Origin: an uncultured Chitinophagales bacterium
GTDB lineage: Bacteria; Bacteroidota; Bacteroidia; Chitinophagales; JADIYW01
NCBI GenBank assembly: GCA_964642875.1
Contig: CAZXRF010000004.1
Location: forward strand, 7,439-71,438
Length of the DNA stretch: 64,000 nucleotides
Direction of reading: 5' to 3'
Shown here: in pieces, positions 1-10,582 of the stretch
Layout of the letters: every line of letters starts with the position of its first letter
Position numbering within the stretch: the stretch's first letter is position 1
Program-made: the position numbers and the translations under genes
The notes under the pieces: generated by a model
What the model saw: only the letters and a program-made list of their open reading frames with translations
What the model was told of the DNA's origin: nothing
The model's database searches: none

Positions 1-87
1 TTCGCCGCAATTACTACATTTCCCCATCCATTTAGGCGAGTTGGTGCCACAGTTTTGACATATATATATGCTTTTGGTTTTAGACAT
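1..87 (-). CDS. radA: DNA repair protein RadA/Sms, N-terminal fragment (gene runs off the window start)
   Basis: Reverse translation from the ATG at 87..85 gives MSKTKSIYICQNCGTNSPKWMGKCSNCGE, the Cys4 zinc-ribbon N-terminus typical of RadA. It is absent from the ORF track because it is truncated by the window edge. Confidence 0.6.
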   Translation of the reverse strand, partial: MSKTKSIYICQNCGTNSPKWMGKCSNCGE

Positions 88-209
88 TTGTGTAAAGATA
101 AGCATGTAATTTGGATTACAAATCATGATATTCGCATTGAAATCTTTTTTGTTAAAAAGATTTAATTATTATTCGACTTTAGTTTTTATGCTGACTTTTG
201 AATCCTTAT

Positions 210-217
210 TAATTTTG
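210..217 (+). promoter_or_regulatory. Bacteroidota-type -7 promoter box (TAnnTTTG)
   Basis: TAATTTTG lies 20 nt upstream of the ATG at 238. Confidence 0.35.
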
Positions 218-237
218 TATTTCTAAAAATATATTCG

Positions 238-1209
238 ATGAAACATTTTCTCTTTTCCTTATTAGCGGTTATTTTATTTACTAATTGTGTAACGCAAAAA
301 GAATATGACAAGGCACTGAATGACTACTTAAACGAAGCGATTAAAAATAAATCGCTGGCACAACACTTAGATTCAGTTCAAATGGATTGCACTACAAAAA
401 CTACAAGTTTAGCTAGTCAGTTGGAGAAATTAAGAGCCGATTCAACTGAGTTGGCTGATTTAATTGAATCTATGAAAAAAGAAATGGATGCACAAACTGC
501 ACAATTTGCCCAATCTCAGCAAGATTATTTAAAAAAGTTAAAAGATGCTGGCGATAAAAATCAAAAAACAAACGCCGATTTATTGCAAATGCAATTAGAC
601 TTGGAAAAACAAAAAATTGCTTTGCAGCAAAAAGAAGCTGATTTAAAAAAGGCAAATGCTGATTTGGTCGCTCGCGAAGCAAAAATTATAGAACTGAATA
701 AATTATTAACCGATCAAAAGGCAAAAGTAGATGCCTTGCGCGATGCTATCAAAAATGCACTTACAGATTTTTCTTCCGGCGAACTCAGCGTTTACACTAA
801 AGACGGTAAAGTATATGTTTCTATGTCGGATAAATTATTGTTCAAATCTGGTTCTACCGTTGTAGAAAGTAAAGGCGTAGATGCTTTGGGAAAATTAGCA
901 GAAGTAATCAAAAAGAACACAGATATTTTAGTAAATATTGAAGGGCATACCGATAATGTTCCCTACTTATCTTCCAATGGATTTATAAAAGACAATTGGG
1001 ATTTGAGCTTAATGCGTGCTAGCAGTGTATTACATATTTTAATAGATAAATACAAAGTAACGCCGCTACAGGTGCTTGCTTCCGGGCGTGGCGAGTTTTC
1101 CCCTAAAGAATCCAATAGTACCACAGAAGGCAGAGCGGCGAACCGAAGAACCGAAATTATTTTAGCACCTAAAGTCGATAAGCTGTTAGATTTGGTAAAT
1201 GGGCATTAA
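238..1209 (+). CDS. OmpA/MotB-family lipoprotein with long coiled-coil region
   Basis: The signal peptide ends in Cys (LFTNC). The middle is a Q/K/E/L-rich coiled coil. The C-terminus is an OmpA-like peptidoglycan-binding domain (GHTDNVP, NRRTEIIL). Confidence 0.8.
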   Translation: MKHFLFSLLAVILFTNCVTQKEYDKALNDYLNEAIKNKSLAQHLDSVQMDCTTKTTSLASQLEKLRADSTELADLIESMKKEMDAQTAQFAQSQQDYLKKLKDAGDKNQKTNADLLQMQLDLEKQKIALQQKEADLKKANADLVAREAKIIELNKLLTDQKAKVDALRDAIKNALTDFSSGELSVYTKDGKVYVSMSDKLLFKSGSTVVESKGVDALGKLAEVIKKNTDILVNIEGHTDNVPYLSSNGFIKDNWDLSLMRASSVLHILIDKYKVTPLQVLASGRGEFSPKESNSTTEGRAANRRTEIILAPKVDKLLDLVNGH

Positions 1210-1268
1210 TTTCTTCACTAAAATTAATATTTCGTTGACGTTCAATCTTGTATTTTTGTAGCCGACTT

Positions 1269-2105
1269 ATGGGCAACATCAATGAGAGTCACGAAAAGAA
1301 AGAAATGGGGTTCTTCGACCATATCGAAGCACTCCGTTGGCATATTATGCGCTCGGCTATTGTGGTGGTGATTTGCGCTATTGTCGCCTTTACGCAGAAG
1401 AAATTTATTTTCGATGATTTACTTTTTGGCCCTACCCGACCAGATTTCCCTACCAATCGTTTCTTTTGTTGGTTAGATGCCCATTCCGCAATATTCAGTG
1501 GGCTTTGTATTCAAGGCGCAAAATTTACTTTTATAAATACCGACATTACAGGGCAGTTTATGTTACACCTTCAAATGTCAATGTATGTGGGCATTATCGC
1601 TGCATTTCCGTATATCTTTTGGGAACTCTGGCGGTTTGTAAAACCTGCTTTAAAAGAGCGTGAAATTAGAAACACACGAGGTATCGTATTCGTAACTTCA
1701 ATATTATTTACCATCGGTTGCTTATTTGGCTATTTTATAATCACTCCATTTTCAGTAAGTTTTTTAATTCAATACCAAGCAACTGAATTAGTACAAAACT
1801 TAATAAATATAGATAGCTATATTGGCTTATTAATTTCAATGACAGTACCAACCGGCATATTATTTGAATTACCAATGCTTGTGTTTTTACTAACTAAACT
1901 CGGCATACTCACTCCAAATTTTATGCGTAAAGGCCGAAAAATTGCATATGTAGCTATACTTATCATTGTAGCCATCATTACACCACAAGGAGATATTACT
2001 AGTTTATTGTTAATTTCCACCCCTATTTTTGTTCTGTATGAACTAAGTATTATTGTCTCCAACCGAGTTTATAAACAACGAGTGCAAGAAGAGGATTTTG
2101 TTTAA
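1269..2105 (+). CDS. tatC: Twin-arginine translocase subunit TatC
   Basis: FFDHIEALRWHI motif and a multi-TM profile typical of TatC. I moved the start from the track ATG at 1248 to the ATG at 1269 (MGNINESHEKKEMGFFDH) to match usual TatC N-termini. Confidence 0.85.
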   Translation: MGNINESHEKKEMGFFDHIEALRWHIMRSAIVVVICAIVAFTQKKFIFDDLLFGPTRPDFPTNRFFCWLDAHSAIFSGLCIQGAKFTFINTDITGQFMLHLQMSMYVGIIAAFPYIFWELWRFVKPALKEREIRNTRGIVFVTSILFTIGCLFGYFIITPFSVSFLIQYQATELVQNLINIDSYIGLLISMTVPTGILFELPMLVFLLTKLGILTPNFMRKGRKIAYVAILIIVAIITPQGDITSLLLISTPIFVLYELSIIVSNRVYKQRVQEEDFV

Positions 2106-2108
2106 TAA

Positions 2109-2792
2109 CTATACCTTTTTAGTGTAAACTATTCCTTTTACTAAACAAAATTGAGCAGCAATATACGTGGACATAATGACGACTCTTGCTGCTTCAAATG
2201 GCTGATAAAAGCGATTTATGGCAATGCACGAATCCGAAAAAACAAATAATATTGCGCCGATAAAAACCAACCAAAATGAAGCATTACTAACTATTTCTTT
2301 TCTGTTTAATGCCGTTACAGCCATAGCAACAATCACTAATGCATAGGTGGTAACTGGAAGTTTCATTGACCCTAATCCGGGAAACAATAATTTCAACAAG
2401 AGTAGTACAAACAATAAAAACGGTGCTAATAGATACGTTTTCTTACCAATCAGCGTGTCTTTAAAGGGGCGTGATATCTCTTTTAAGAAATGTAGTATAT
2501 AATTCACATGGCCAATTAAAAATGAAATTAACCCTAAAATAAAAAAGTTCTTTACAAGCGAGTTTGCCTCTCCCGAACGAATAAACATAAGAAAAATATC
2601 TCCCCACCACGAAAAAAACAAAGCCAAGTATAAATGCAAGTATTGTTTTATTTCCCTTGTTTGTACGTAAAAATATATCGCTAGTAATGGCATTAGCATC
2701 ACTTTAGTAATATACATTAATAATAGATGATTAGTCTGTTCTGCAATAATGGTAGTACATCCATTTACAAAATAAAGCAATAGAAATATCAT
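2109..2792 (-). CDS. YhhN-family (lysoplasmalogenase-like) membrane protein
   Basis: Polytopic membrane protein with WGDIFLM and FSDSCIAINRF motifs characteristic of YhhN. The track ORF extends to 3038, but that extension overlaps the opposite-strand lipoprotein gene. An internal Met at 2792 gives the usual family length of about 227 aa. Confidence 0.7.
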   Translation of the reverse strand: MIFLLLYFVNGCTTIIAEQTNHLLLMYITKVMLMPLLAIYFYVQTREIKQYLHLYLALFFSWWGDIFLMFIRSGEANSLVKNFFILGLISFLIGHVNYILHFLKEISRPFKDTLIGKKTYLLAPFLLFVLLLLKLLFPGLGSMKLPVTTYALVIVAMAVTALNRKEIVSNASFWLVFIGAILFVFSDSCIAINRFYQPFEAARVVIMSTYIAAQFCLVKGIVYTKKV

Positions 2793-2880
2793 AATGAAAA
2801 TTACAAAAAATGGAGTAAGTATTGAATTTTTCAAAAAAAAATTATAACATTGTATATCATTAACCACTAAATAAATTACT

Positions 2881-3546
2881 ATGAAAAACGTACAAAGAAC
2901 AGGCTTTGCCCTATTTATCCTTTCTATTTTATTTTTTAGCAGTTGTAAAAAAGACAATTTCAATCTTTCTGCTGACATTAAAAACATAATACCTACCACC
3001 ATGCTTAAAGAGTTAAAAAGTAAAGGAATGGCTATCAATGAAGGTACAACCCCACCAAGTATTGAAGGTATTTATTTAGCAAGTCCTTATACGCTGAAAT
3101 CGCCATACGGCGCTGGAGATAGTTGGGTTGCAGGTAGAGTAATTGCTAATTACAAATATAAATTTTACGACCAAACCGGAGGAAACGTAAAAGTGGATTA
3201 CAAACAGCCCTCAGGATCGGATCATGGATCAGGATTGGGTTCTTTCATTTCGGGAAGCGGAAATAAATTTTCTATTTTTTCTGAATCCAATGGAAGTACA
3301 AGCAGCATTGAATACACTACTGTAAGTGTTATTTCGGGAGAGCTTACACCAACAGGAATAAAAGATTTTCAATACGGTTTTATATTTACCAAAAAAACTG
3401 GAGATGATGGGGACGTTAACTATATACCGAAAGGAAAAAGTAGAGTATGGATAGATGGAGACGCACTTGCTGACAAAGTAAGCACATTTAGAATGGGCAT
3501 CAACAGCATTAATATTTCCGACATTTCTGCTATGGGTTCAAAATAA
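2881..3546 (+). CDS. Hypothetical lipoprotein
   Basis: Signal peptide with a lipobox-like FFSSC, Gly/Ser-rich mature part, no family recognised. Followed by a terminator hairpin. Confidence 0.6.
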   Translation: MKNVQRTGFALFILSILFFSSCKKDNFNLSADIKNIIPTTMLKELKSKGMAINEGTTPPSIEGIYLASPYTLKSPYGAGDSWVAGRVIANYKYKFYDQTGGNVKVDYKQPSGSDHGSGLGSFISGSGNKFSIFSESNGSTSSIEYTTVSVISGELTPTGIKDFQYGFIFTKKTGDDGDVNYIPKGKSRVWIDGDALADKVSTFRMGINSINISDISAMGSK

Positions 3547-3574
3547 TTGAACTCTTAAAAAAATAATATTTTCA

Positions 3575-3612
3575 AGCACAAGAATTTTCAATAATATTCT
3601 TATGCTTTTTTA
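3575..3612 (+). terminator. Rho-independent terminator after the lipoprotein gene
   Basis: Arms agcacaagaat (3575..3585) and attcttatgct (3596..3606) pair with one mismatch. A T-run follows. Confidence 0.5.
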
Positions 3613-3697
3613 TTTTTATGCAAATGGGCAGAAAAGCATATCGAGATTTTTTTCATCCTCATTACCATAACTCAATTCTATCTATTATTTTTACTGC

Positions 3698-4501
3698 ATG
3701 AACGTACTAATCATTGGAGGCGGAAATATGGGCAGAAGTTTTGCCGAAAGTTTCTTAAATGCAAAAATTCTAACGCATAAACAACTAACTGTAATAGAAA
3801 AGGACCATGCGCAAATTCAAGAACTCAACCGCATGAAATTGGGGCAAATCTATAACGATTACGGCGATTTTATTGTGGATAAAGAGCTTATTATATTAGC
3901 AGTAAAACCTCAAGATGCCTATTCTGTTTATCCAAAATTAAAACCATTTCTTACAGAAAAGCACATTGTATTATCGATTATGGCTGGTATGCCTATTAAG
4001 CAAATTGAAGAACAACTTGGCATTAACAAAGTAGTGCGCTGCATGCCCAATCTGCCTTGCCAAATCGGGTTAGGCGTTACAGGGTTTATGGTCTCCGAAG
4101 CAGTCCCACAGTGCGATATTGATTTTATTCGCAAGTTATTAGAAACCACAGGCGTTTCCATTCAATTATACGATGAAGATAAGCTCAACGCTGTTACTGC
4201 AATTTCGGGCTCTGGACCTGCTTATATTTTTTATTTTATGGATGCCATGATTCAAAAAACTATGGAGTATGGATTTTCCGCTACCGAAGCATCTAAGATG
4301 GTGGAACAAACCTTTTTAGGGGCGGTAGAATTGTATAAAGTCAACAACTTATCGTGCAGAGAATGGATAAGCAAAGTAGCCTCCAAAGGAGGCACTACGG
4401 AAGCAGCCTTAAAACAATTCCAACATTCCACAGTAGAAGCCGGCATACAAAAGGGCATGGACGATGCATTGCAGCGTAGCCGAGAACTCAGCAAAGGATA
4501 A
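3698..4501 (+). CDS. proC: Pyrroline-5-carboxylate reductase
   Basis: N-terminal Rossmann motif IIGGGNMG and C-terminal SKGGTTEAAL motif. Length 267 aa. Confidence 0.85.
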   Translation: MNVLIIGGGNMGRSFAESFLNAKILTHKQLTVIEKDHAQIQELNRMKLGQIYNDYGDFIVDKELIILAVKPQDAYSVYPKLKPFLTEKHIVLSIMAGMPIKQIEEQLGINKVVRCMPNLPCQIGLGVTGFMVSEAVPQCDIDFIRKLLETTGVSIQLYDEDKLNAVTAISGSGPAYIFYFMDAMIQKTMEYGFSATEASKMVEQTFLGAVELYKVNNLSCREWISKVASKGGTTEAALKQFQHSTVEAGIQKGMDDALQRSRELSKG

Positions 4502-4559
4502 CCGTATAGACTGTTGATATTTAATATTCTACAACTTATTATTTCACCGAGGTAAAAGT

Positions 4560-4567
4560 TATATTTG
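4560..4567 (+). promoter_or_regulatory. Bacteroidota-type -7 promoter box
   Basis: TATATTTG lies 17 nt upstream of the ATG at 4585. Confidence 0.35.
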
Positions 4568-4584
4568 TCTGTACAGAAAATACT

Positions 4585-5835
4585 ATGGAAAGATTTCAAG
4601 GACTTATCGGCATTGTAGCAATATTGGGAATTGCATTTTTATTTTCCAATAACAAGAAAAAAATTAACTATCGCTTGGTAGGCAGCGGATTGTTATTACA
4701 AACTATCATTGCTGTTTTAATTTTAAAAGTAAATCCTGTTAAAAACTTCTTCCAATCCTTAGGAAAAGTAATGACACACATTGAAGCGTTTGCGCACCAA
4801 GGTGCAGCTTTTGTATATGGTGGATTACAAACGGACAACCATGCAGGAGGAAGCATACCCTATAGCGCCGATGGCGTTTTTGTATTTGGATTTAGTGTAC
4901 TTGCAACCATTATTTTAGTATGTGTGTTAGTAGCAATTTTCTATCATTTCGGCATTATGCAGCGCATTGTAGCCATTATCGCTAAAGCGATGAATTTTGT
5001 AATGCGCGTTTCTGGTGCCGAAGCTTTGAGCAATGTAGCAAGTGCTTTTGTAGGACAAGTAGAGGCGCAAGTAATGATTCGTCCATATCTTTCTACCAAG
5101 ACGATGAGGGAATTATTAGCGAGCATGTCAGGCAGCTTGGCATGTATTGCCGGCGGAATTTTGGTAGTATATGTAGGCTTTGGTGCAAAAGTAGAATACT
5201 TATTAGCGGCCAGTATTATGGCAGCACCGGGGGCGTTGGTAATCTCTAAAATTGTATTTCCAGAAACAGAAGAAAGTAAAACGTTGGGCAATGTAAAATT
5301 AGAAGTAAAAACACCATATACTAATATTATTGATGCGATTAGCCATGGTGCTAGCGACGGGATGAAAATTTCTGTAAATGTAATAGCAATGATTATCGGA
5401 TTCGTGGCATTGATAGCTATGGTAAATTATATTTTAGGAAAGATAGGTTTTTGGTCAAATCTTCCCTTTACACTTACTTTAGATTGGATTTTCGGTAAGC
5501 TGTTTTTCCCACTGGCATGGTGCATGGGTGTACCATCACAAGATGTAAATACAGTAGCGACTTTAATGGGACAAAAACTAACCATCAACGAGTTTATTGC
5601 ATTTTTAAATATGACAAAAAATGGCTTAGCACCCGTTACAGAAAAAGGCGTAATGATTGCGAGTATTGCCATTTGCGGCTTCGCCAATTTTAGCTCTGTA
5701 GGTATGCAAATTGGAGGTATTGGAGAATTAGCTCCGAGCCGCCGTGCTGACTTAGCAAAACTTGGATTGAGGGCATTGCTATGCGGAACACTTGCCTCCT
5801 ATTTGTCAGCTACTATAGCTGGAATTTTAATGTAG
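4585..5835 (+). CDS. NupC/CNT-family concentrative nucleoside transporter
   Basis: 416 aa polytopic protein. The N-terminus (RFQGLIGIVAILGIAFLFSNNKK) and overall profile are typical of NupC-family permeases. Confidence 0.8.
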   Translation: MERFQGLIGIVAILGIAFLFSNNKKKINYRLVGSGLLLQTIIAVLILKVNPVKNFFQSLGKVMTHIEAFAHQGAAFVYGGLQTDNHAGGSIPYSADGVFVFGFSVLATIILVCVLVAIFYHFGIMQRIVAIIAKAMNFVMRVSGAEALSNVASAFVGQVEAQVMIRPYLSTKTMRELLASMSGSLACIAGGILVVYVGFGAKVEYLLAASIMAAPGALVISKIVFPETEESKTLGNVKLEVKTPYTNIIDAISHGASDGMKISVNVIAMIIGFVALIAMVNYILGKIGFWSNLPFTLTLDWIFGKLFFPLAWCMGVPSQDVNTVATLMGQKLTINEFIAFLNMTKNGLAPVTEKGVMIASIAICGFANFSSVGMQIGGIGELAPSRRADLAKLGLRALLCGTLASYLSATIAGILM

Positions 5836-5960
5836 CATTAATATATTAAAAACAAAAACTCGGTTATACTTATTTTGCTTGTAGGAAACTAGATTGTAGT
5901 TTATTATAGCAGCAAAATAATATAGAATACAATAGTTAATGATGTATATTCATTGAAATT

Positions 5961-7766
5961 ATGCACGAGGCGCTTCATAACATCATCAAAAACTTACCGA
6001 AAAACCCAGGTGTGTATCGCTATTATGATAACGACAATAAACTCTTGTACATAGGCAAAGCCAAGAATCTGAAAAACAGAGTTTCTTCGTATTTCAACAA
6101 TAAAGACCATTCGTTTCGCATACAATTAATGGTACGGAAAATACACAACATTGAATACTCCATCGTTGATTCAGAAAAAGATGCGCTTTTATTAGAGAAT
6201 GCGTTGATAAAAGAACTACAACCAAAGTATAATATTTTACTAAAAGATGATAAATCGTATCCGTATATCAAAATACTGAATGAGCCTTTTCCTCGAATTC
6301 AATTTACACGAAAATATGAAAATGACGGTGCAGAATATTTTGGACCATACACTTCTTTGCATCGAGTACGAAGTATATTAGAATTTATAAAAAAACTATA
6401 TCCTATACGCAGTTGTACTTTATCCCTAACTGATAAAAACATAAAAGCTGGCAAGTTTAAAGTATGTTTGGAATATCATATTGGCAATTGCTTAGCACCA
6501 TGTGTCGGGTTTCAAACCAAAGTAGATTACGACAATAACATAGAGCAGATACGCAAAATTTTAAAAGGAAGACTACAGGAAGTAAGAACAATCCTAAAGC
6601 AGCAAATGACAGAATATGCCGAGCAACTCGAATTTGAAAAAGCAGAAAATAGAAAACAAAAATTAGAATACCTGAAAGAATATACGACCAATTCCATGGT
6701 AGTAAATCCTGGCTTGGGCAACTTTCATGTTTTTGGATTTGCAGACGATGAAAAAAAAGCATTCATTAATTATTTCTATGTATATGAAGGCTGCATTATA
6801 AAAACTAAAGCGATAACACTACAGAAAAATCTGGAGGAAACACCAGAGGAATTGCTACAATTTGCAATAGTAGATATGCTAGGAAATACCAATGAACAAA
6901 ATGATGTTTTACTGCCGTTTGAAACTGCTATAGAAAATGATTTTATAAAAATTAGTGTGCCAAAAATCGGGGATAAAAAACAGTTGGTAGAATTGGCGCA
7001 GCGCAATGCTTTATTCCAAAAGCAAAAGGGTAAAAATGCTGTTGAAAAACCTAAAACCGACAACACTACACGCATCTTAGAATTGATGAAAAAGGAATTA
7101 AAATTAAATCAACTCCCACGACATATAGAATGTTTTGATAACTCCAATTTCCAAGGAACTAATGCAGTTTCGGCATGTGTGGTATTTAAAAATGCCAAGC
7201 CTAGTAAAACAGAGTATCGGCATTTTAATGTAAAAACTGTTATCGGTGCAAATGATTTTGATACGATGAAAGAAGTGGTATATCGGCGCTACCACAGAAT
7301 GGTTATTGAGCAAGAAAAACTCCCCGAATTAGTAGTAATTGATGGAGGTAAAGGGCAGTTGAGTGCAGCCATGGAAAGTATTTGCAATCTTCAATTACAA
7401 GAAAAGATACAAGTGATTTCCATTGCAAAGCGATTAGAAGAAATATACTATCCCAACGACCCAATTCCGTTGCACATTAGTAGAAAATCAGACACTTTAA
7501 AAATTATCCAACACATCCGAAATGAAGCGCATAGATTTGGTATTACCTTTCATCGAAATAAAAGAGATAAAAACACGCTAAAAACCGAACTGCACGAAAT
7601 AAAAGGTATCGGAGGAAAAATTGCCGATAAATTATTACAAGAATTTGGTTCTGTAAAAAAAATTAAGGAAACAGCATTATTAGAATTAGAAAATAAAATT
7701 GGAAAAGCTAAAGCTAAAATTGTGTATGATTATTTCAAAGAAAATGCCGAGCAACAACACCACTAA
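5961..7766 (+). CDS. uvrC: Excinuclease ABC subunit C
   Basis: GIY-YIG N-terminus (GVYRYYDNDNKLLYIGKAKNLKNRVSSY), UVR-like coiled region, C-terminal endonuclease and HhH (IKGIGGKIADKLL). Confidence 0.95.
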   Translation: MHEALHNIIKNLPKNPGVYRYYDNDNKLLYIGKAKNLKNRVSSYFNNKDHSFRIQLMVRKIHNIEYSIVDSEKDALLLENALIKELQPKYNILLKDDKSYPYIKILNEPFPRIQFTRKYENDGAEYFGPYTSLHRVRSILEFIKKLYPIRSCTLSLTDKNIKAGKFKVCLEYHIGNCLAPCVGFQTKVDYDNNIEQIRKILKGRLQEVRTILKQQMTEYAEQLEFEKAENRKQKLEYLKEYTTNSMVVNPGLGNFHVFGFADDEKKAFINYFYVYEGCIIKTKAITLQKNLEETPEELLQFAIVDMLGNTNEQNDVLLPFETAIENDFIKISVPKIGDKKQLVELAQRNALFQKQKGKNAVEKPKTDNTTRILELMKKELKLNQLPRHIECFDNSNFQGTNAVSACVVFKNAKPSKTEYRHFNVKTVIGANDFDTMKEVVYRRYHRMVIEQEKLPELVVIDGGKGQLSAAMESICNLQLQEKIQVISIAKRLEEIYYPNDPIPLHISRKSDTLKIIQHIRNEAHRFGITFHRNKRDKNTLKTELHEIKGIGGKIADKLLQEFGSVKKIKETALLELENKIGKAKAKIVYDYFKENAEQQHH

Positions 7767-7871
7767 ATAGTAAGATATATAAAAAGAATAATATATAATA
7801 TAGAATATAATACACCTACCAAATCTGCATAAATTATTATACAAGAATGGTAAAAAATAAAAGGTGTAAAT

Positions 7872-7905
7872 AAAAAACGGATAGCAATTAACTATCCGTT
7901 TTTTA
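7872..7905. terminator. Bidirectional terminator between convergent uvrC and gldN
   Basis: aaaaa-acggatag-caattaa-ctatccgt-tttttt: an 8-bp stem flanked by an A-run and a T-run. Confidence 0.7.
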
Positions 7906-7925
7906 TTTATGTAATACTGAATTTA

Positions 7926-8951
7926 TTAGTATTCCCACAAGTCATGTTCAAAATTAAACAAGTCTTGTTTTTTTGCTTCAGATTCATATAAGATATCGAT
8001 ACCAGATTTATAATCTTTGATACGGAAATCTTGTACATTATCAACTTTGTAGATGTAATTACCAAATAAACGTAAGGCAAATACTTGATCCCAATTCAAA
8101 CGAACACCATTAGGAAAAGGGTTGTATGCTTGAGAATTCACTAAGGTTTGGCGTAAACTTGGAAAGTACACCCAGAAAACTGGAACTTCACCACGAAAAT
8201 CTCCAGTAGTAGGATCATAATTATCATATAATGGACAAATACCCATAATACGAACTTCCATAGTAGAAGTTTGTTTATTAAAAAACCATACCTCTTTTAC
8301 GCGTAATTTATTTACGTTATTCCAATTTACTTCTTTTGTTACTACTTGTAATGTTTGAATACCTGTAACAGGGTCAGTAACGTAGATAGAATCTACTCCG
8401 CCACCAGCAACACTTAATGCTTCTTTAGGATCAATTGGGGTAGCAAAATCATCGTCCATACCACTATAAACTTGGCATTTTCCACTTTGTACTGCATCTA
8501 ATAAGACTTGTATAAATGGAGCTTTAGGCCATTTGAAATGCAAATTAATTTTCTCTCTCAAGTCTATCACTCTCCAGATATTTTTCCACCAGAATACATC
8601 TGCCTCACGAATAGGTTCGTATTGCATTGCAACTCTTTTACCTGTAATTTCTTGTACCCAAGGTAATTTTTGAACCTCTGTTTTCAAGGAATTAGTATCA
8701 ATGGTATGTGCAGGAGGTGTTGGTTGTTGTACAACGACAGGAGTTGGTACTGGCGTCGGTGTAGATAATGAATCCGGAGCTTTAGCAGCATTATTCACGG
8801 ACAAACTATCGCCACCTGAAAGATTACTAACTGTTGAAGAAGTAGTTTTCTTCTTAGGTTTTTTGCTTTTTTGAGCAAATGTGGAAGAGGAAACTCCTAA
8901 CAGTAACACTGCCAACAGCAACAATCCGATTTTATTTATTTGCATTTTCAT
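7926..8951 (-). CDS. gldN: Gliding motility / T9SS protein GldN (PorN)
   Basis: Signal peptide, last gene of the K-L-M-N order, size and WPKAPF/RVKEVWFFN-type profile consistent with GldN. It has a P/T/S-rich linker after the signal peptide. Confidence 0.8.
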   Translation of the reverse strand: MKMQINKIGLLLLAVLLLGVSSSTFAQKSKKPKKKTTSSTVSNLSGGDSLSVNNAAKAPDSLSTPTPVPTPVVVQQPTPPAHTIDTNSLKTEVQKLPWVQEITGKRVAMQYEPIREADVFWWKNIWRVIDLREKINLHFKWPKAPFIQVLLDAVQSGKCQVYSGMDDDFATPIDPKEALSVAGGGVDSIYVTDPVTGIQTLQVVTKEVNWNNVNKLRVKEVWFFNKQTSTMEVRIMGICPLYDNYDPTTGDFRGEVPVFWVYFPSLRQTLVNSQAYNPFPNGVRLNWDQVFALRLFGNYIYKVDNVQDFRIKDYKSGIDILYESEAKKQDLFNFEHDLWEY

Positions 8952-8969
8952 ATTACTAAAAAATTCTTA

Positions 8970-10529
8970 TTAATCGATTTTGAAAGCAATTCCCGGAATT
9001 TTACGAGACATACCATCTGGTCCTTTTACTTTTATTTCTTCTATATAGAAAAGGTCACCCGGTTTTGCTTTTGAAATAAAGGCTTGCATAGCAGCACTAA
9101 AATAAGGACCTGTAGCGGATGCAATACCAGGGTCTTGTAATTTAGGTTGGTAGAACATATTAAAACTCAACACTTCAAATTTTGCATCAAAGTCAAAATT
9201 TTCTAAATCTGCCAACACCCCTTTTTGAGCCTTCCAAACGGCAGCATTGATTCTACCACCCGGCATTCCAGATACTTTAGCAATTGGATTAGGAATCATT
9301 TTCACACGGAATGGAAAAGGAGGAAATGCTTTCCCTTTTGCCGTTACGTTTACATTCGTAGTTCCTTGTTGAGTTACTCTTACTGAATATTTACCACCAG
9401 AACCTGAAATAGAACCAGCTGACATGCTTACTTTTAAGTCGTTAGCAGAAGCACCTGCTGCAGAAATTTCTACAGGGTTATCTACACCGATATAAAACAC
9501 ATTCATTTTCGTTGGTGAAACGGTAGCAAATGGAGCTGCAACTGTGTATTTCATTTCTGGAATTGGGTAACTTGTCACTTTTCCAGTTCTATCATTTTTC
9601 ACAGATACTGTTCCTTTTAAAGAATATTCACCTACACCCGGTGCTGCTTTATATTTAGCAATACCAGTAGCTTGGTCAACTGGAATATTTTGTCCGTTTA
9701 CGTTAACCGAAACCGTTCCTGCGCTTTTTGAAGACGTTGCAGCCAAAGAAACGTTAGCTTCAAATGTTTCGCCTTTTAATATATAAGTGGAAGGTGCAGT
9801 AATTTGCGCAGAGAATTTATCAAAAACAATTTGGTCTTGTGTTAATTCTTGAGAAGCACCAATTTTACTAAAGAAATAAGACGCCATAGTACCTTGGGTA
9901 TTTTTAATGTCATTTTCTAATTTAGTCAACATTGCATAAGAAGCAATTGCAGGCATTTGGTAGAATTCTTCTCTTACCCAATCTCCATTTTTATCATTTG
10001 GAGTAGTATTTAAAGAAACACGCTCTTGAACTGTTTGCAAATCTGTAGGTTCCACTAAAGCATATAATTTCTTTAATGTTTCGTCCACTTCTTGTTTCAA
10101 CTTGTAGCCTTCTCCATTTTTACCACTTGTACCTTCAACTAAATAGCCTGTAGAAACTTCCATGTCATCTTTACGTAACATAATGCCATTGGGATCTTCT
10201 TGATCAGCACCACCAGCTCTAGAAATTACTTCTTTTTTTAGTTTATCAATTGAAGCTAACAAGGCATCTGTAATAGACTGTGCTTGTTTTGTTTTTTCTT
10301 CATTCGCAGTAACGGCCACGTTTGTAGGTTCTTTTGCCTTTTTAGCAGCAAAAGCATTATACGTAGTTTTCAGATTGGTATCTGCGGTTGTTTTTGAATT
10401 TTCTAAACTCTTATTTACTGTTTTGAAAGCATTTAATATTTCCGCGGAAACGTTCAATGCCAACATTGCTGTAAGCACCAGATACATCATATTGATCATC
10501 TGCTGCCTGTTCTCCTTAGGAATTGCCAT
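8970..10529 (-). CDS. gldM: Gliding motility / T9SS protein GldM (PorM)
   Basis: N-terminal hallmark QQMINMMYLVLTAMLALNVS with a single TM segment. 519 aa. Confidence 0.9.
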   Translation of the reverse strand: MAIPKENRQQMINMMYLVLTAMLALNVSAEILNAFKTVNKSLENSKTTADTNLKTTYNAFAAKKAKEPTNVAVTANEEKTKQAQSITDALLASIDKLKKEVISRAGGADQEDPNGIMLRKDDMEVSTGYLVEGTSGKNGEGYKLKQEVDETLKKLYALVEPTDLQTVQERVSLNTTPNDKNGDWVREEFYQMPAIASYAMLTKLENDIKNTQGTMASYFFSKIGASQELTQDQIVFDKFSAQITAPSTYILKGETFEANVSLAATSSKSAGTVSVNVNGQNIPVDQATGIAKYKAAPGVGEYSLKGTVSVKNDRTGKVTSYPIPEMKYTVAAPFATVSPTKMNVFYIGVDNPVEISAAGASANDLKVSMSAGSISGSGGKYSVRVTQQGTTNVNVTAKGKAFPPFPFRVKMIPNPIAKVSGMPGGRINAAVWKAQKGVLADLENFDFDAKFEVLSFNMFYQPKLQDPGIASATGPYFSAAMQAFISKAKPGDLFYIEEIKVKGPDGMSRKIPGIAFKID

Positions 10530-10582
10530 AATTTACTTTTTTACTCTTTATTGTTAATGAATAGATTTCAGAAAAAAGTTTA

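Noticed and set aside
140-163. A 10-bp-stem hairpin (aaatcttttt / aaaaagattt) and a nearby TGTAAT-N4-ATTACA inverted repeat (105..120), both between divergent radA and the OmpA-like gene.
   Set aside because: The stem is almost pure A/T and lies between divergent starts, so it is not a terminator. It could be an operator, but such palindromes arise easily in AT-rich spacers.
2793-3038. N-terminal 82-codon extension of the YhhN ORF in the track, overlapping the lipoprotein gene on the other strand.
   Set aside because: The extension is not needed for the family-typical length. It would create a 158-nt antisense overlap with a gene that has its own signal peptide and terminator.
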